Virus record (IMG/VR): IMGVR_UViG_3300048930_001385
Length of the DNA: 46,206 nt
Direction: 5' to 3' (one strand)
Origin: an uncultured virus (IMG/VR IMGVR_UViG_3300048930_001385)
Lineage: Duplodnaviria; Heunggongvirae; Uroviricota; Caudoviricetes
This document shows, piece after piece, positions 8,828 to 18,409 of the stretch; the stretch's first letter is position 1; each line of letters opens with the position of its first letter. The position numbers and the translations under genes are program-made. Below the pieces are notes generated by a model. It made no database searches, was not told the DNA's origin, and saw only the letters and a program-made list of their open reading frames with translations.

Positions 8828-9427
8828 CTATACGAGAGTGTAGGAGGTAAGCTTGCTCTTATAGTTATTGAACGTACCCTGGCGGCGCTTCATTGCCTTC
8901 CAGGCATATTCCCAATAGGGCAGGTGAGTTTCAACGCGGTAGTGCCGGACAATATATTCCTTGTCACCGTCTACGATGTGCTGAACGTCTATAAGCTCGC
9001 GCTTACTGAAAGCCCAGCGGATCTCCTCTGGATCTCGGGTCATTCCCTTGAGGGCGAAATCCCGCTCTTGGCTACGCTTTGTCTCCAGCGCGGCAGCGTA
9101 ATCGGCTTCGCTGAGACCCCTTGCTGAGAGGGCTTTAAGCTCAACGCTCAGATCGATCTCGCGAGCCATCTTAAATTCTCGCTTGACAATAGGTTGAGGC
9201 CCTCCGAGCTTGCCAGTGAGATACTTGTAAGTGATACTCCACATGAGCTGAGTTCCGCTGCTGCCGCTCTCAATTAAGGCATGATTCTTGTCGATGAGGT
9301 GCCACTCGGTAGACGGGAATCGTCCATCGTTAACCGACCAGTCGGGAGCGCCCTTACTGACAATGTATTCGCCGTTGTCAAGCTGATAGTGACCTGCTTC
9401 AAGCTTTTTCCACTTAGGAATACTCAT
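8828..9427 (-). CDS. hypothetical protein
   Basis: Start moved to MSIPKW. Confidence 0.75.
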   Translation of the reverse strand: MSIPKWKKLEAGHYQLDNGEYIVSKGAPDWSVNDGRFPSTEWHLIDKNHALIESGSSGTQLMWSITYKYLTGKLGGPQPIVKREFKMAREIDLSVELKALSARGLSEADYAAALETKRSQERDFALKGMTRDPEEIRWAFSKRELIDVQHIVDGDKEYIVRHYRVETHLPYWEYAWKAMKRRQGTFNNYKSKLTSYTLV

Positions 9428-9434
9428 ACCTTCT

Positions 9435-9475
9435 GTATCGGCCTCAATAGAAGCTTCTTGAGGCCAATCTTGGCC
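9435..9475 (-). promoter_or_regulatory. repeated element (N4 palindrome spacer)
   Basis: GGCCA-N4-TGGCC TCAA-N15-GCCGATAC-N7-ATG. Confidence 0.85.
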
Positions 9476-9541
9476 CAGTCTCGGTCCTTTTTGCACAACC
9501 TTCGCGTAAGAACTCTCTACGCTAAGCTCAGGCGTGCACGA

Positions 9542-10063
9542 TCAAGCAGGCGGCGGAAGCAGGACCTCTGGGAACTTCTCTCGGTGTGCGTCAAGCTCGT
9601 GGTCCAGGGCGCTGTCGTAGTCAGGGAAGCGGGCGTCGCAGTACGCACACTTTGTGTCCTTATTTGCCTCGTTGTAGACTTTGCGGACACTGGTGCGAAC
9701 ACTCTCGGGGCGGTTCAAGGCAAACTCAATCCTGGGTGCGAGGTCGCCGACACTAAGATAATTACCCGCAGCATTATTGAAGCCCATTTTAATCTGTGCG
9801 TAGACAGATCGTGAGCGCAGTCCAATAACATGGAATTCCCACTCCATTGTCGGCCACTCATCCTCTGCGGGCCACTCTGGTGTCGCCTGAGGTAATACCA
9901 GCAAATATTCACCAGCTCGCTGGCTGTCCTTCACGGGGTCATTATGAAGCTGTTCCATCATTGAAGGAAAGAGCGCGAACGTTTCACCTGGCTGGATAGT
10001 CTCCGATGTCTTACCATCGCGCTCAGCCTCATCAATAAGCTGTTGAATCAGTAGCCGTTCCAT
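9542..10063 (-). CDS. hypothetical protein with C-terminal C2H2-like zinc motif
   Basis: CAYC...HELDAH. Confidence 0.75.
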   Translation of the reverse strand: MERLLIQQLIDEAERDGKTSETIQPGETFALFPSMMEQLHNDPVKDSQRAGEYLLVLPQATPEWPAEDEWPTMEWEFHVIGLRSRSVYAQIKMGFNNAAGNYLSVGDLAPRIEFALNRPESVRTSVRKVYNEANKDTKCAYCDARFPDYDSALDHELDAHREKFPEVLLPPPA

Positions 10064-10070
10064 AACTACT

Positions 10071-10112
10071 GTTTCGGCACCATCCCGGGTTCCTTAAGGC
10101 CAATATCTGGCC
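10071..10112 (-). promoter_or_regulatory. repeated element (variant -10 GCCGAAAC)
   Basis: GGCCA-N5-TGGCC TTAA-N15-GCCGAAAC-N7-ATG. Confidence 0.8.
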
Positions 10113-10136
10113 GGAATCATGTATCACCCGATACTG

Positions 10137-10325
10137 TTAGCCCAGGACCCTAAGAACACTAATATGGCAAGAGCTCTCCCATGAGTTGCCATCGTCGTCT
10201 CGTGGCCACTTGACCATGTAATAATCAGGCTCCTCGTCGGGGGAGAGGATGGTGCCGATACCGCGCCGAGAAGAATTGAGGCGGTGGACACTGGTGCCCA
10301 CGGGGAGTTTAGGATAGGTCTGCAT
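10137..10325 (-). CDS. small SH3-like hypothetical protein
   Basis: Leaderless start; LPVGTSV...GIGTI...YMVKW pattern. Confidence 0.7.
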   Translation of the reverse strand: MQTYPKLPVGTSVHRLNSSRRGIGTILSPDEEPDYYMVKWPRDDDGNSWESSCHISVLRVLG

Positions 10326-10332
10326 AGGTAAG

Positions 10333-10375
10333 CTATCGGCTCTCGGGGCGGTATCACGAGGCCAAAGTCCTGGCC
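10333..10375 (-). promoter_or_regulatory. repeated element
   Basis: GGCCA-N6-TGGCC...GCCGATAG-N7-ATG. Confidence 0.85.
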
Positions 10376-10526
10376 CATGACTGTGCCATATGTCACCAAG
10401 ATGAGATGGCGCTTGATAAATAAGAGATATGTTTATGATATAGAGAAGATTGTATTATGATATTAAATTGATATCAATTAGTTATCATTTGCCACAAGCA
10501 GAATCTGCTCCCGGGTGGCGGGATAG

Positions 10527-11036
10527 CTATTTACTAACTACCACGGCGGCAGGGCTGGAGAGTAGTGGGTGATGGGTTCTCATCCACTGGTGCCAGCTGA
10601 GCTGGTGTTGTTCGTCTAGGGGTGCAGATAGACTGCCTAGCCAAGCCTCGCGGAGAGTACGGATTGCTGTAGATGAAGGCGGTTGACCTCCAGGAGGGAT
10701 GCTGTCGGCTAGGATCAGCTGGAGTATGTCAAGTTGGCTATCAAGCAGCGATCCGGGTGTGTAACCACGAGCCAAACCAAAACAGAAAATAGCTGTAGTT
10801 AGATCTTCCGCCCAGTAGGGGCCGATACCGGGAAGGTGCTTGATCCATGTATAGACCTGATCAAGTTCAAAGAGTTTTTGGCGTTGCCAATAATTATCCT
10901 GGGCTGCATATGCGGCGACCATTGGTGGACATGATGGAGCCGCGCATTCTTCAACCCAAGCAATCCACTTAGGGGAGCAATAAGTGTCAGGAAACAAGCG
11001 AGGATTAATTATGTCCACAGGGGCAATATACCCCAT
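10527..11036 (-). CDS. hypothetical protein
   Basis: ORF directly downstream of 11052..11984. Confidence 0.6.
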   Translation of the reverse strand: MGYIAPVDIINPRLFPDTYCSPKWIAWVEECAAPSCPPMVAAYAAQDNYWQRQKLFELDQVYTWIKHLPGIGPYWAEDLTTAIFCFGLARGYTPGSLLDSQLDILQLILADSIPPGGQPPSSTAIRTLREAWLGSLSAPLDEQHQLSWHQWMRTHHPLLSSPAAVVVSK

Positions 11037-11051
11037 GGGCAGGGATCATGG

Positions 11052-11984
11052 TCACTGCATCGGTACGAACGCATCTCCGATCAGCAGCCCGCCCTCACAA
11101 GCCGGATCCTTCCAGATTCCATTAGCGTCTACACGCTTAACGTTTCCGCTCGTCTGGACAATTCGTACGTTCAATCCGTCCTCATACAGGGCAATGGCAA
11201 CAGGCTCAATAAGATCTCGGCGGCCACTGGCAAAGATACAGATCCGCTTGTTAAACATAGAACTTGCAAGCTCCATTGCCTGCGCCGGGGTCAAGTAAGG
11301 GAATCGCTTTTCAACGATATCACAGAGATCGTCATAGCTGAAGCCATCCGCTGTGTCCTTTACCGCCAATGTTACTGCCTGATCGTTGGCACCATAGAAG
11401 GGCAATGCAACTGGCGGATTCTCGAGCCGCTTATCTTCGTTAAGGTAATGGAAAGCAGCGCCGATTACACAATCCTTCCAAGCTCCAGAGCGGCAGAAAT
11501 CAAGGAATTGCTTGATTTCCTCAGGGTCGTTGCTTGATCCGATAACGATGGAATTTTGCACCACTAGCTGGCGGGCGAGTCGCTTGTTCGTATCAGGGTC
11601 GTCACTCGTGAGCGGCCATTGATTAAAAAAGTCAATACAATCCTGACCGCCGAAGTCACCCTTCTTGGTCAAGAAGAGCTCGTAACAGTACCCTTGCTGA
11701 TAAGCCTGCTCGGCCTCATCAACCTCGTCCATGATCTCAGTGACCTCGCTACTAGCGAGCTGCAACTCACTGATGACCAGTTCTTTAACAGATTCTGGAG
11801 CGTCCCACATGGTCCCGGAATCGATAGCGTGTTCTACAGCCTGAAGCTGCATTTGCATGACCTGTACCTGCATCTGCAGGACAGGATCGTCATCTGAAAG
11901 TTTAAGGGCTTTCTCTAACGCGGTGAGATTGGCCTTAAGGCTATCTCGCATCTGCAGATAATAGGGGTCGGGTGTAGCGCTCAT
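11052..11984 (-). CDS. hypothetical protein, N-terminal coiled coil
   Basis: 310-aa ORF, leaderless start. Confidence 0.8.
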   Translation of the reverse strand: MSATPDPYYLQMRDSLKANLTALEKALKLSDDDPVLQMQVQVMQMQLQAVEHAIDSGTMWDAPESVKELVISELQLASSEVTEIMDEVDEAEQAYQQGYCYELFLTKKGDFGGQDCIDFFNQWPLTSDDPDTNKRLARQLVVQNSIVIGSSNDPEEIKQFLDFCRSGAWKDCVIGAAFHYLNEDKRLENPPVALPFYGANDQAVTLAVKDTADGFSYDDLCDIVEKRFPYLTPAQAMELASSMFNKRICIFASGRRDLIEPVAIALYEDGLNVRIVQTSGNVKRVDANGIWKDPACEGGLLIGDAFVPMQ

Positions 11985-11991
11985 GACCTGT

Positions 11992-12034
11992 CTATCGGCG
12001 AGAACCGGGCGAACTGTAGGCCAAGTGCGTGGCC
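11992..12034 (-). promoter_or_regulatory. repeated element
   Basis: GGCCA-N6-TGGCC...GCCGATAG-N7-ATG. Confidence 0.85.
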
Positions 12035-12038
12035 ATTA

Positions 12039-12620
12039 CTAACCCTTGCTGGTCTTATATTTGGCATCGCGCTCGTCCTTGACCTTGCGTCGCCAGGCGT
12101 GGTGCTCACAATCATCGCCCTGAGACCAGACATCGAGCCTGTGGCGCTCGTCTGCGCTTAGTTCAGTCAAGGCCTTAGCAGCTAGCGCCCGGAGTTCAAA
12201 ATCATCAATAATTTCGATTAACTCGGCATCATCACTTGCCAGTACCTCGGCGATGAACTCATTTTCTTCGCCCGTGCGCAGCTCAGCGGGCATCGCCATC
12301 GTAGCAAACACCTCCTCAGCAATATCCCGGCGCGCTCGCACCTTGCTCATCGCCTCAACAACGTCAGCCCAGCTTCCCCCTTCGCTATGGGCAATAGCCT
12401 GCTTAATGGCACTGGCGTGTGGAGAGGTGCCAGCAAGAAAGTGCTCTTCAGCCGAAGGGTTATCGCGCAGCCATACTTTGAATCTGTCCAACTGATCCGG
12501 TAAACGATTCAGTGCATGCTGAATATCAGCATCGCTAATATGCTGGCCCGTGGCTTGATAAAGCCGCCGGATGATAGAGTTGCTCTTTGCGGCGTAGCTA
12601 TGTTGTGTCTGCTTATCCAT
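12039..12620 (-). CDS. hypothetical protein
   Basis: Start moved to MDKQTQ, downstream of the element. Confidence 0.75.
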   Translation of the reverse strand: MDKQTQHSYAAKSNSIIRRLYQATGQHISDADIQHALNRLPDQLDRFKVWLRDNPSAEEHFLAGTSPHASAIKQAIAHSEGGSWADVVEAMSKVRARRDIAEEVFATMAMPAELRTGEENEFIAEVLASDDAELIEIIDDFELRALAAKALTELSADERHRLDVWSQGDDCEHHAWRRKVKDERDAKYKTSKG

Positions 12621-12630
12621 AGTATCTGTT

Positions 12631-12673
12631 GTATCGGCATACTCAGCAGCGGCTGCAGGCCTATTGGCTGGCC
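12631..12673 (-). promoter_or_regulatory. repeated element
   Basis: GGCCA-N6-AGGCC...GCCGATAC; upstream TAA abuts. Confidence 0.8.
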
Positions 12674-13306
12674 TTATACCATTGTTCCTGCCCATAAGAT
12701 CAGCATATGGCCCGGGTAGAACCAGTACCAAAATATCCTCGGCACTCGCCAGCGCCAGGACCACTCAAGGTTGGGGAGGTAAAGCGCAAGCCAAACACCG
12801 CCTATGGCAATGATTTGCAATGGCCAAATATAAACATAGGATACTACGAGAGTCGTCAAGGTTAGAGCGCCTAGCGTAAACCCGGGTCGATCCCGTAGCC
12901 AGTAGAAGACCGGAGCCATACACAAGCCATAGAAGCCGTAATCCATCGGAACCACCAGTCCAATAAAGATAAACAGTGGAGACCACTTCCATCCAAGCTT
13001 GAGCCAGAGTAGGGACAGGGTGAAAGTTACTAGCATGTTCCCCTGTGTCCACGGCAAGTCGTTCATCAAGACGAATGGAATCTGAGATATCACGGCGAAC
13101 AAAGCCAATCGCTTAAGGTAGCGGTTTGTATCGCTAGAGTGGATATAGCCTTGAGCAATCAAATAAGCAAAGATCGGCATCGCCAAACGGCCGATAGCCC
13201 GCAGCCAGAGCTCATCAGGGTAATAGACGAGGCCGATATGATCGATCAACATTGTGACAACAGCAATCAGCTTGAGCCACTCATTCCTTCCCCTAGTATC
13301 GACCAT
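12674..13306 (-). CDS. traX: TraX-family membrane acyltransferase
   Basis: LKLIAVVTMLIDH, IGRLAMPIF, DYG, FYWFYPGH motifs; polytopic. Confidence 0.88.
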   Translation of the reverse strand: MVDTRGRNEWLKLIAVVTMLIDHIGLVYYPDELWLRAIGRLAMPIFAYLIAQGYIHSSDTNRYLKRLALFAVISQIPFVLMNDLPWTQGNMLVTFTLSLLWLKLGWKWSPLFIFIGLVVPMDYGFYGLCMAPVFYWLRDRPGFTLGALTLTTLVVSYVYIWPLQIIAIGGVWLALYLPNLEWSWRWRVPRIFWYWFYPGHMLILWAGTMV

Positions 13307-13352
13307 AATGTAATTCTATCTAATTAGAGAACCCGAAACAGGGGTTATGTCG

Positions 13353-13814
13353 CTACTGACCCGGGGACGGTAGATCTCGCTCAGTGGGATTAGTGTCCTC
13401 ATAACCGATCCAAGTATTATGACGGTGTCCCCAGTGAGCAACTACATTGAGATCAGGTTGGTGACTGTAAAAATCCAGGATCCCGTAGTCGGCGAGATAC
13501 TCGCGGAAATGACGACGCGCCAGCCGCCTTGCTTCTGACCATTGCTTATACTCCTCTATTTGAGCAGAATGGAGAGACTTGACTTCGCTGACAGTGAGGT
13601 CTGGGTACTGATCATAGTCAGGTCGTGAGCCCGGGCGCGCGGTGTTCGGTACCGGGTTGGACGCTGCATCGGCCTTGATGTATGCTAGATATTTGTCTTG
13701 TGCTTTGGTAACGGCGTCGTAAAACCCTGCTTCGTCCATACTATCGGGCACCCACACATACGTGTAGGCCTGGATCTCATCACATCGTTCGTGTTCAATA
13801 CGCGCTAGCTTCAT
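13353..13814 (-). CDS. hypothetical protein
   Basis: Start moved to MKLARI. Confidence 0.75.
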   Translation of the reverse strand: MKLARIEHERCDEIQAYTYVWVPDSMDEAGFYDAVTKAQDKYLAYIKADAASNPVPNTARPGSRPDYDQYPDLTVSEVKSLHSAQIEEYKQWSEARRLARRHFREYLADYGILDFYSHQPDLNVVAHWGHRHNTWIGYEDTNPTERDLPSPGQ

Positions 13815-13820
13815 ACCCCG

Positions 13821-13848
13821 GTATCGGCTCCCGCATGACAATTCTTAA
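13821..13848 (-). promoter_or_regulatory. sigma28-like promoter lacking the palindrome
   Basis: TTAA-N16-GCCGATAC-N6-ATG, no GGCC arms. Confidence 0.65.
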
Positions 13849-13928
13849 GTGCCCTAAACTCTGGGGTGGATTCACGGGATCTCAGAGATCGTGCCTGAAA
13901 AGAATATGGTCAGTTTAAGAGTCAATTG

Positions 13929-13957
13929 TTGACAATCTTAGAAAAGGTGATTAAAGT
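13929..13957 (+). promoter_or_regulatory. sigma70/SigA-like promoter
   Basis: TTGACA-N17-TAAAGT, 8 nt before ATG 13966. Confidence 0.75.
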
Positions 13958-13965
13958 GTGAATAT

Positions 13966-14580
13966 ATGAGTCAAAAACATCTAGCCATTTGCTATAGCGC
14001 TGACGAGGCCACGGTGTACTTGAAAGAGTGTTCTTCCAAGCGGAGCGTGAAGGCTTTTCGCACAACCTTGGTGAGAGCTAATGGTGTAGAAATTCAGATC
14101 CTACATGATACTAGAATAACTGAAATTCAATACAGGGCCCTTATTAAGGACCTTGGCAAGCCTGACCATTCTGTAGGCACCTATAAATTAACTCCTCAGC
14201 GCAAGAGCGTTATTGAGAATTTTACAGGTGGAAAGATTGAAACCTCACGCTCCCTGAACAAGGCACGGGATACGTGGAAAGACGACGAGCCTGACCTTGG
14301 CGCTCTTGGTCAAGAAGGCGGCTTAAAACATTTAACCGCCAAGGTACTAGCCCAGAGCGGGATGATCCTGACGAGTGGAGAGCTTGGAGACCGGATCAAG
14401 GCAAGGTATCCTGATGCTTTCACGACCCGTACACACCGAGAGACCACCAGTAACACCCTCACAACAATTCGTGTTAAAGATGGGTATGTGGTCCCATGGA
14501 GAATGGTAGGTAACTATTACTGGGAAGCCCACCCGAAGCTTCAGCAGGCACTCCAAACATCCGCGAGTGTGGCCGCATGA
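13966..14580 (+). CDS. hypothetical protein, possible C-terminal winged HTH
   Basis: Basic protein; LTSGELGDRI...TSNTLTTI pattern (weak). Confidence 0.7.
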   Translation: MSQKHLAICYSADEATVYLKECSSKRSVKAFRTTLVRANGVEIQILHDTRITEIQYRALIKDLGKPDHSVGTYKLTPQRKSVIENFTGGKIETSRSLNKARDTWKDDEPDLGALGQEGGLKHLTAKVLAQSGMILTSGELGDRIKARYPDAFTTRTHRETTSNTLTTIRVKDGYVVPWRMVGNYYWEAHPKLQQALQTSASVAA

Positions 14581-14858
14581 AGATAGCGGGGCACGTATAT
14601 CTTATCCAAGACCCCTTGCGTCGGGACAGGGTAAAGATTGGCTATGCACGTGACCTCGGTAAGAGGTTAAAGTCTTTCCGAGCCCACAATCATGATATTG
14701 AATTATTGGCCAGCCTGTCCACGGATGACATGCATAAGCTTGAGCGGAGCTTACACGCTAAATACCGACGAGAGCGATTAGTTTTTGCCGGTGTTCAGTC
14801 CACCGAATGGTTCCGCTATACGGATAAAATCGCTAGAGAGTTTGGACTAGAGGTCTGA
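14577..14858 (+). CDS. GIY-YIG superfamily (T5orf172/MUG113-like) protein
   Basis: GHVYLI, VKIGYA..RL, LERSLH, TEWF; ATGA overlap with upstream gene. Confidence 0.85.
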   Translation: MKIAGHVYLIQDPLRRDRVKIGYARDLGKRLKSFRAHNHDIELLASLSTDDMHKLERSLHAKYRRERLVFAGVQSTEWFRYTDKIAREFGLEV

Positions 14859-15050
14859 CCACTCGAGTACGGCCGCGAACGCCTTATCCGGACTCTCAGT
14901 GAGCTCGTAATCGATGATCCAGATAATCCCGTCCTTCTGGGGCAATAACTGGATAACAGTGCCGCCAGCATGATTGATCAGTCGGGTCAGATCGTCGACG
15001 GGCGCATTGCGATCTAGAAGGTATTCAACCGTGCCAATCTATTCACTCAT
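14847..15050 (-). pseudogene. 67-codon ORF interrupted by TAG at codon 4
   Basis: ATG AGT GAA TAG then 63 open codons (IGTVEYLLDRNAPVDD...VLEWSDL); ATG 7 nt after an intact element. Confidence 0.65.
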
Positions 15051-15057
15051 ATAATAG

Positions 15058-15100
15058 CTATCGGCATTCTGATATGAAGCAAGAGGCCAGCCATGTGGCC
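15058..15100 (-). promoter_or_regulatory. repeated element
   Basis: GGCCA-N6-TGGCC...GCCGATAG-N7-ATG. Confidence 0.85.
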
Positions 15101-15202
15101 GTGCCGTCAAGGACACTTCTTCTCGATGATCTTTCCAGGCTATTTGGCTTATAACATAGGTTATAACAATAGGTTGGGATGGGTTTAGCCGAGGTGTGTC
15201 GG

Positions 15203-15958
15203 CTACTCCTCAACACGATGAAAATCAGCATAGACAACTAGACCTTGAGCATGATACTCGAAGTCAGCCCTACCGGTGTAGAGACGAAACTCATACACTC
15301 CTGGCTCAACGTTGACTACTGTACGCATTCCATAATTATCATTGTCCTCAATCTTCTCCCCACCCTTGCTCAGCCAGTCCTCGTAATCAGCAATAGAGTA
15401 TGCCCAGAGGTCTGTGCAGATGTCGGCAAGCTTCTTCCACCCGTCAATCACGATAAGGTCATCGCTCTCTTCATCATAAGGCAGGTTAGCGATAACATAT
15501 GTACCATCGGGACGAAGATAGAGGTCGGGACAGGTATTGCGGATTGCCCCGTAAGCGCAGCCTATAGCGGCCATACGCTCAGTCATGATGCTCTGACCAA
15601 GAGCGGAATTGTAATCAATCCCATCCTTAGACGCGGCGTAAACTGATCTGAGGTCATCATCGACAATAATCTTCCCACTTGGCACGTTGAGTCGAATCAC
15701 TGTCTCTAGCGTGGACGAAACAGGGCACGTCTCGTTACCTACGGTGAGGATATCCTTGTCACTATCATACTGATAGCGCATGTACTCTCCGCACCGTGCG
15801 CAGCATGTGTAGCCCCTAGATATAATATGCGCAGGGCCTTCGTCCCTGGTCAATACCGTGATCGGAATGCCATCTGGAAAAAATTCACTGTCATGGATAA
15901 CGTGACCCTTGCTTCTAATCTGGCGATCAGGCACGGTCCTATCAATAAATTCGCTCAC
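15203..15958 (-). CDS. hypothetical protein
   Basis: GTGA-coupled to the RNA ligase gene; CARC motif. Confidence 0.8.
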   Translation of the reverse strand: MSEFIDRTVPDRQIRSKGHVIHDSEFFPDGIPITVLTRDEGPAHIISRGYTCCARCGEYMRYQYDSDKDILTVGNETCPVSSTLETVIRLNVPSGKIIVDDDLRSVYAASKDGIDYNSALGQSIMTERMAAIGCAYGAIRNTCPDLYLRPDGTYVIANLPYDEESDDLIVIDGWKKLADICTDLWAYSIADYEDWLSKGGEKIEDNDNYGMRTVVNVEPGVYEFRLYTGRADFEYHAQGLVVYADFHRVEE

Positions 15959-17031
15959 TGGTACTCCGTAGCATTTTTCCGGAGCTTATACTGCGGTGAA
16001 ATACTCTTCACGACTACACGACCAATCTCGTCGTCGTACTTTTCAACTACAGGACGGATCACAACGCCTTCGCGGATATTGTCGCCGCCAACAGTAGTGG
16101 TGCCGTCACGGTGAGCGTCTACGGTTTCTGGCGTGCAGCTACCCCGATAAAGATAAGGAACCATCGGGATCATTGCCTCGTCAAGCAGACGAACATACTC
16201 GTCATAATCAACGTACTCGTGGCGGAGCTTCAGGTCAAAAGCCCTGAACTCCTTGTCGCCGTTCTTGAGCCCATACTGAAGATCCTGAACACCGTTGCCA
16301 TAGACCTCGCCATACAGCGTCACTCGGTCAGCGCCAGTCTGCTCCTTAATCTTCATAAGCTTGTTCTTTAAGTCGTACTTATAGGCGACTGTCCAGTACC
16401 AGTTACCCTTCGCACCCTCCTCAGGCTCTTTGACAGCAACGCTGCTCGCAGCCCGCCCCTTTGAGGAAACATGGAAGCCGTTCTGCTCGTCAAGATAAAA
16501 GACACAGCACGAGCCATGAACCTTCTCCGAGAGCACGACCTCTAACCCATCAACAAGATCGTAGGCACAGCCACCCTTACGCAAAGGCTTCTCGCGGTTC
16601 TCAAGATCCGTGTACGAAGTAATCCCAGCGATGTGGTAGACCTCACCACTTGATCGCTCGGGTAGAACTGGTACCCACTTTTTGACGCCCAGCTGTTCGG
16701 CGTAGTCAATACCTGGGTAGACCGGGAAAGGGGCACGATAGCAAATGCCCTCGCTGAGGACCCCACGCAGCCGTACAGCGCCCAAACGATTACCCTCCTT
16801 GCCCTTCAGTCGACCACGACCACGCTCATGATCCCAGCAACCGACTTCCTTCATCAGCTCATCAGGCAAGATTGCATCCGGGGGGATGAAGAGAACAAGT
16901 CCGCCCTTGCGAAACTCGCCCTTACGCACAACCGAATGATAGCCGCCAATTCGGGCAAGCTCTAGCGCATCGGCATTGCCGTGAGGGAGAATCTCTGCGA
17001 TCTCGAATGCTTCTACGGAGAACGTGCTCAT
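15955..17031 (-). CDS. RNA ligase, DRB0094 (Rnl5) family
   Basis: N-terminal HGNADALELA OB-like domain; EKVHGS, YGEVYG, AFD, REGVVIRP, VKSIS. Confidence 0.9.
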   Translation of the reverse strand: MSTFSVEAFEIAEILPHGNADALELARIGGYHSVVRKGEFRKGGLVLFIPPDAILPDELMKEVGCWDHERGRGRLKGKEGNRLGAVRLRGVLSEGICYRAPFPVYPGIDYAEQLGVKKWVPVLPERSSGEVYHIAGITSYTDLENREKPLRKGGCAYDLVDGLEVVLSEKVHGSCCVFYLDEQNGFHVSSKGRAASSVAVKEPEEGAKGNWYWTVAYKYDLKNKLMKIKEQTGADRVTLYGEVYGNGVQDLQYGLKNGDKEFRAFDLKLRHEYVDYDEYVRLLDEAMIPMVPYLYRGSCTPETVDAHRDGTTTVGGDNIREGVVIRPVVEKYDDEIGRVVVKSISPQYKLRKNATEYQ

Positions 17032-17038
17032 ACGTCTT

Positions 17039-17080
17039 ATATCGGCATTCCTCGCTTAGGCTAAAGGCCAAAGCATGGCC
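17039..17080 (-). promoter_or_regulatory. repeated element
   Basis: GGCCA-N5-TGGCC...GCCGATAT-N7-ATG. Confidence 0.85.
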
Positions 17081-17081
17081 T

Positions 17082-17846
17082 TTAAAGCGGGTTGGCTACA
17101 ATAACTGTTACTACCGGATCTCCGCCCAGACGGTATCGCGGCGTCAGGCTCTTGATGGCGTGGTAGCGATGGTTACCGTCGATGATCCGGTGCCAGCCAT
17201 TATACTCTGGCTTAACAACGGCCACGGGAAGCTCTCCGCTAGTCACGACAACTTCATTGATAGTCTTTGCGGAGGTATGGTTGTATTTTGCTACCCATAA
17301 GTAAGGGTCGGAGGCATACTCGCGCACACGCTCTGGGTAAGGTTTAGCAAGGCTAGAGCGGATCAGGCTCAGGCTCATATGGCGAACCTCGTAGTGGCCC
17401 ATACACGGGAGCAAGCGGCCATACTCTGCGAGCATGCACTCGTCTACAGCACCATCAGGATCAGTGGGTAGTGAGCTAGCGTGGGCCTCAAGTCGTATAA
17501 CTAGATCATTATTGGTAATGCAAATTCGATCCATCTCCTGGCCGTAATAGCCCCAATCAGCTTCATACTCCCAGCTCCAGCGATCATTAAGCATATCAAG
17601 TAGTTGTGGATCACTCTGGAGGGACTTCATCAAGGCAAGGGTATATCGGCTGTCATCCGTGTCTAGAATCGCCGACGCAAGTAAGCCAAGCCTACCCAGG
17701 GAAAAAGGCTTGATCGAGAAATTATCATACATTGCCCCTCGACAATAATCATCCCCGTGCTCACAGCCACTACAACCCTGACAATAGTAGTCAGCATCCC
17801 AGTCGATGACATCTTGATAATCGATAGTGGTGAGATTTTTGATCAT
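17082..17846 (-). CDS. protein with C-terminal ParB/sulfiredoxin-like domain
   Basis: PVAVV...IIDGNHRYHA; Cys cluster at N-terminus. Confidence 0.75.
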   Translation of the reverse strand: MIKNLTTIDYQDVIDWDADYYCQGCSGCEHGDDYCRGAMYDNFSIKPFSLGRLGLLASAILDTDDSRYTLALMKSLQSDPQLLDMLNDRWSWEYEADWGYYGQEMDRICITNNDLVIRLEAHASSLPTDPDGAVDECMLAEYGRLLPCMGHYEVRHMSLSLIRSSLAKPYPERVREYASDPYLWVAKYNHTSAKTINEVVVTSGELPVAVVKPEYNGWHRIIDGNHRYHAIKSLTPRYRLGGDPVVTVIVANPL

Positions 17847-17898
17847 GAGTAGCCCTTAATACATAAATTTAGGTGTGATTAGAACACCTGCTTATTGT

Positions 17899-18312
17899 TT
17901 ACATAGTTTTCCAGCTAAGTGCCACAAGTAAAAGGGCTACCCCGAAGACGCCACCAATCATTAGGATGACTGATCCTGCGATGATAAAGATCAGGAGGCC
18001 TTCGTTTCCAAGTACAATATTTCTTTTCTGATATTCTGCATACTCTGGATTTGGTAGATCAGGCGACACCTGCTTAACGGTGCCATCATTACAAGTCGTT
18101 AATACCGAAGTCATGTTGCCACTGCGCGTATTCACTGGCTCTGCCGCCCGGACACCGTCATGGTCGCGGCAGGCTACTGCAGTTGTCTTGGAAACGTCAC
18201 GGATTGTCCGTTCCGGAGGAGTTTCCGTGAAGAACATTTGGTATGCACTGAAAGCCCCTGCTGCTGTCAGCAGTAGGCCGAGTAAGAATGTTGCGAGTCG
18301 AGTTCGAGGCAA
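17899..18312 (-). CDS. membrane protein
   Basis: N- and C-terminal hydrophobic helices; start uncertain. Confidence 0.7.
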   Translation of the reverse strand: MPRTRLATFLLGLLLTAAGAFSAYQMFFTETPPERTIRDVSKTTAVACRDHDGVRAAEPVNTRSGNMTSVLTTCNDGTVKQVSPDLPNPEYAEYQKRNIVLGNEGLLIFIIAGSVILMIGGVFGVALLLVALSWKTM

Positions 18313-18366
18313 GATTTTTCTTTCACTGGCTCAGTAGGGGTTTGCTCGGGGATACTTACTCAAAAT

Positions 18367-18409
18367 CTATCGGCAATTCCGGATAATGCTTGAGGTCAAG
18401 AGCATGGCC
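18367..18409 (-). promoter_or_regulatory. repeated element overlapping the upstream gene end
   Basis: GGCCA-N6-TGACC TCAA-N15-GCCGATAG. Confidence 0.85.
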
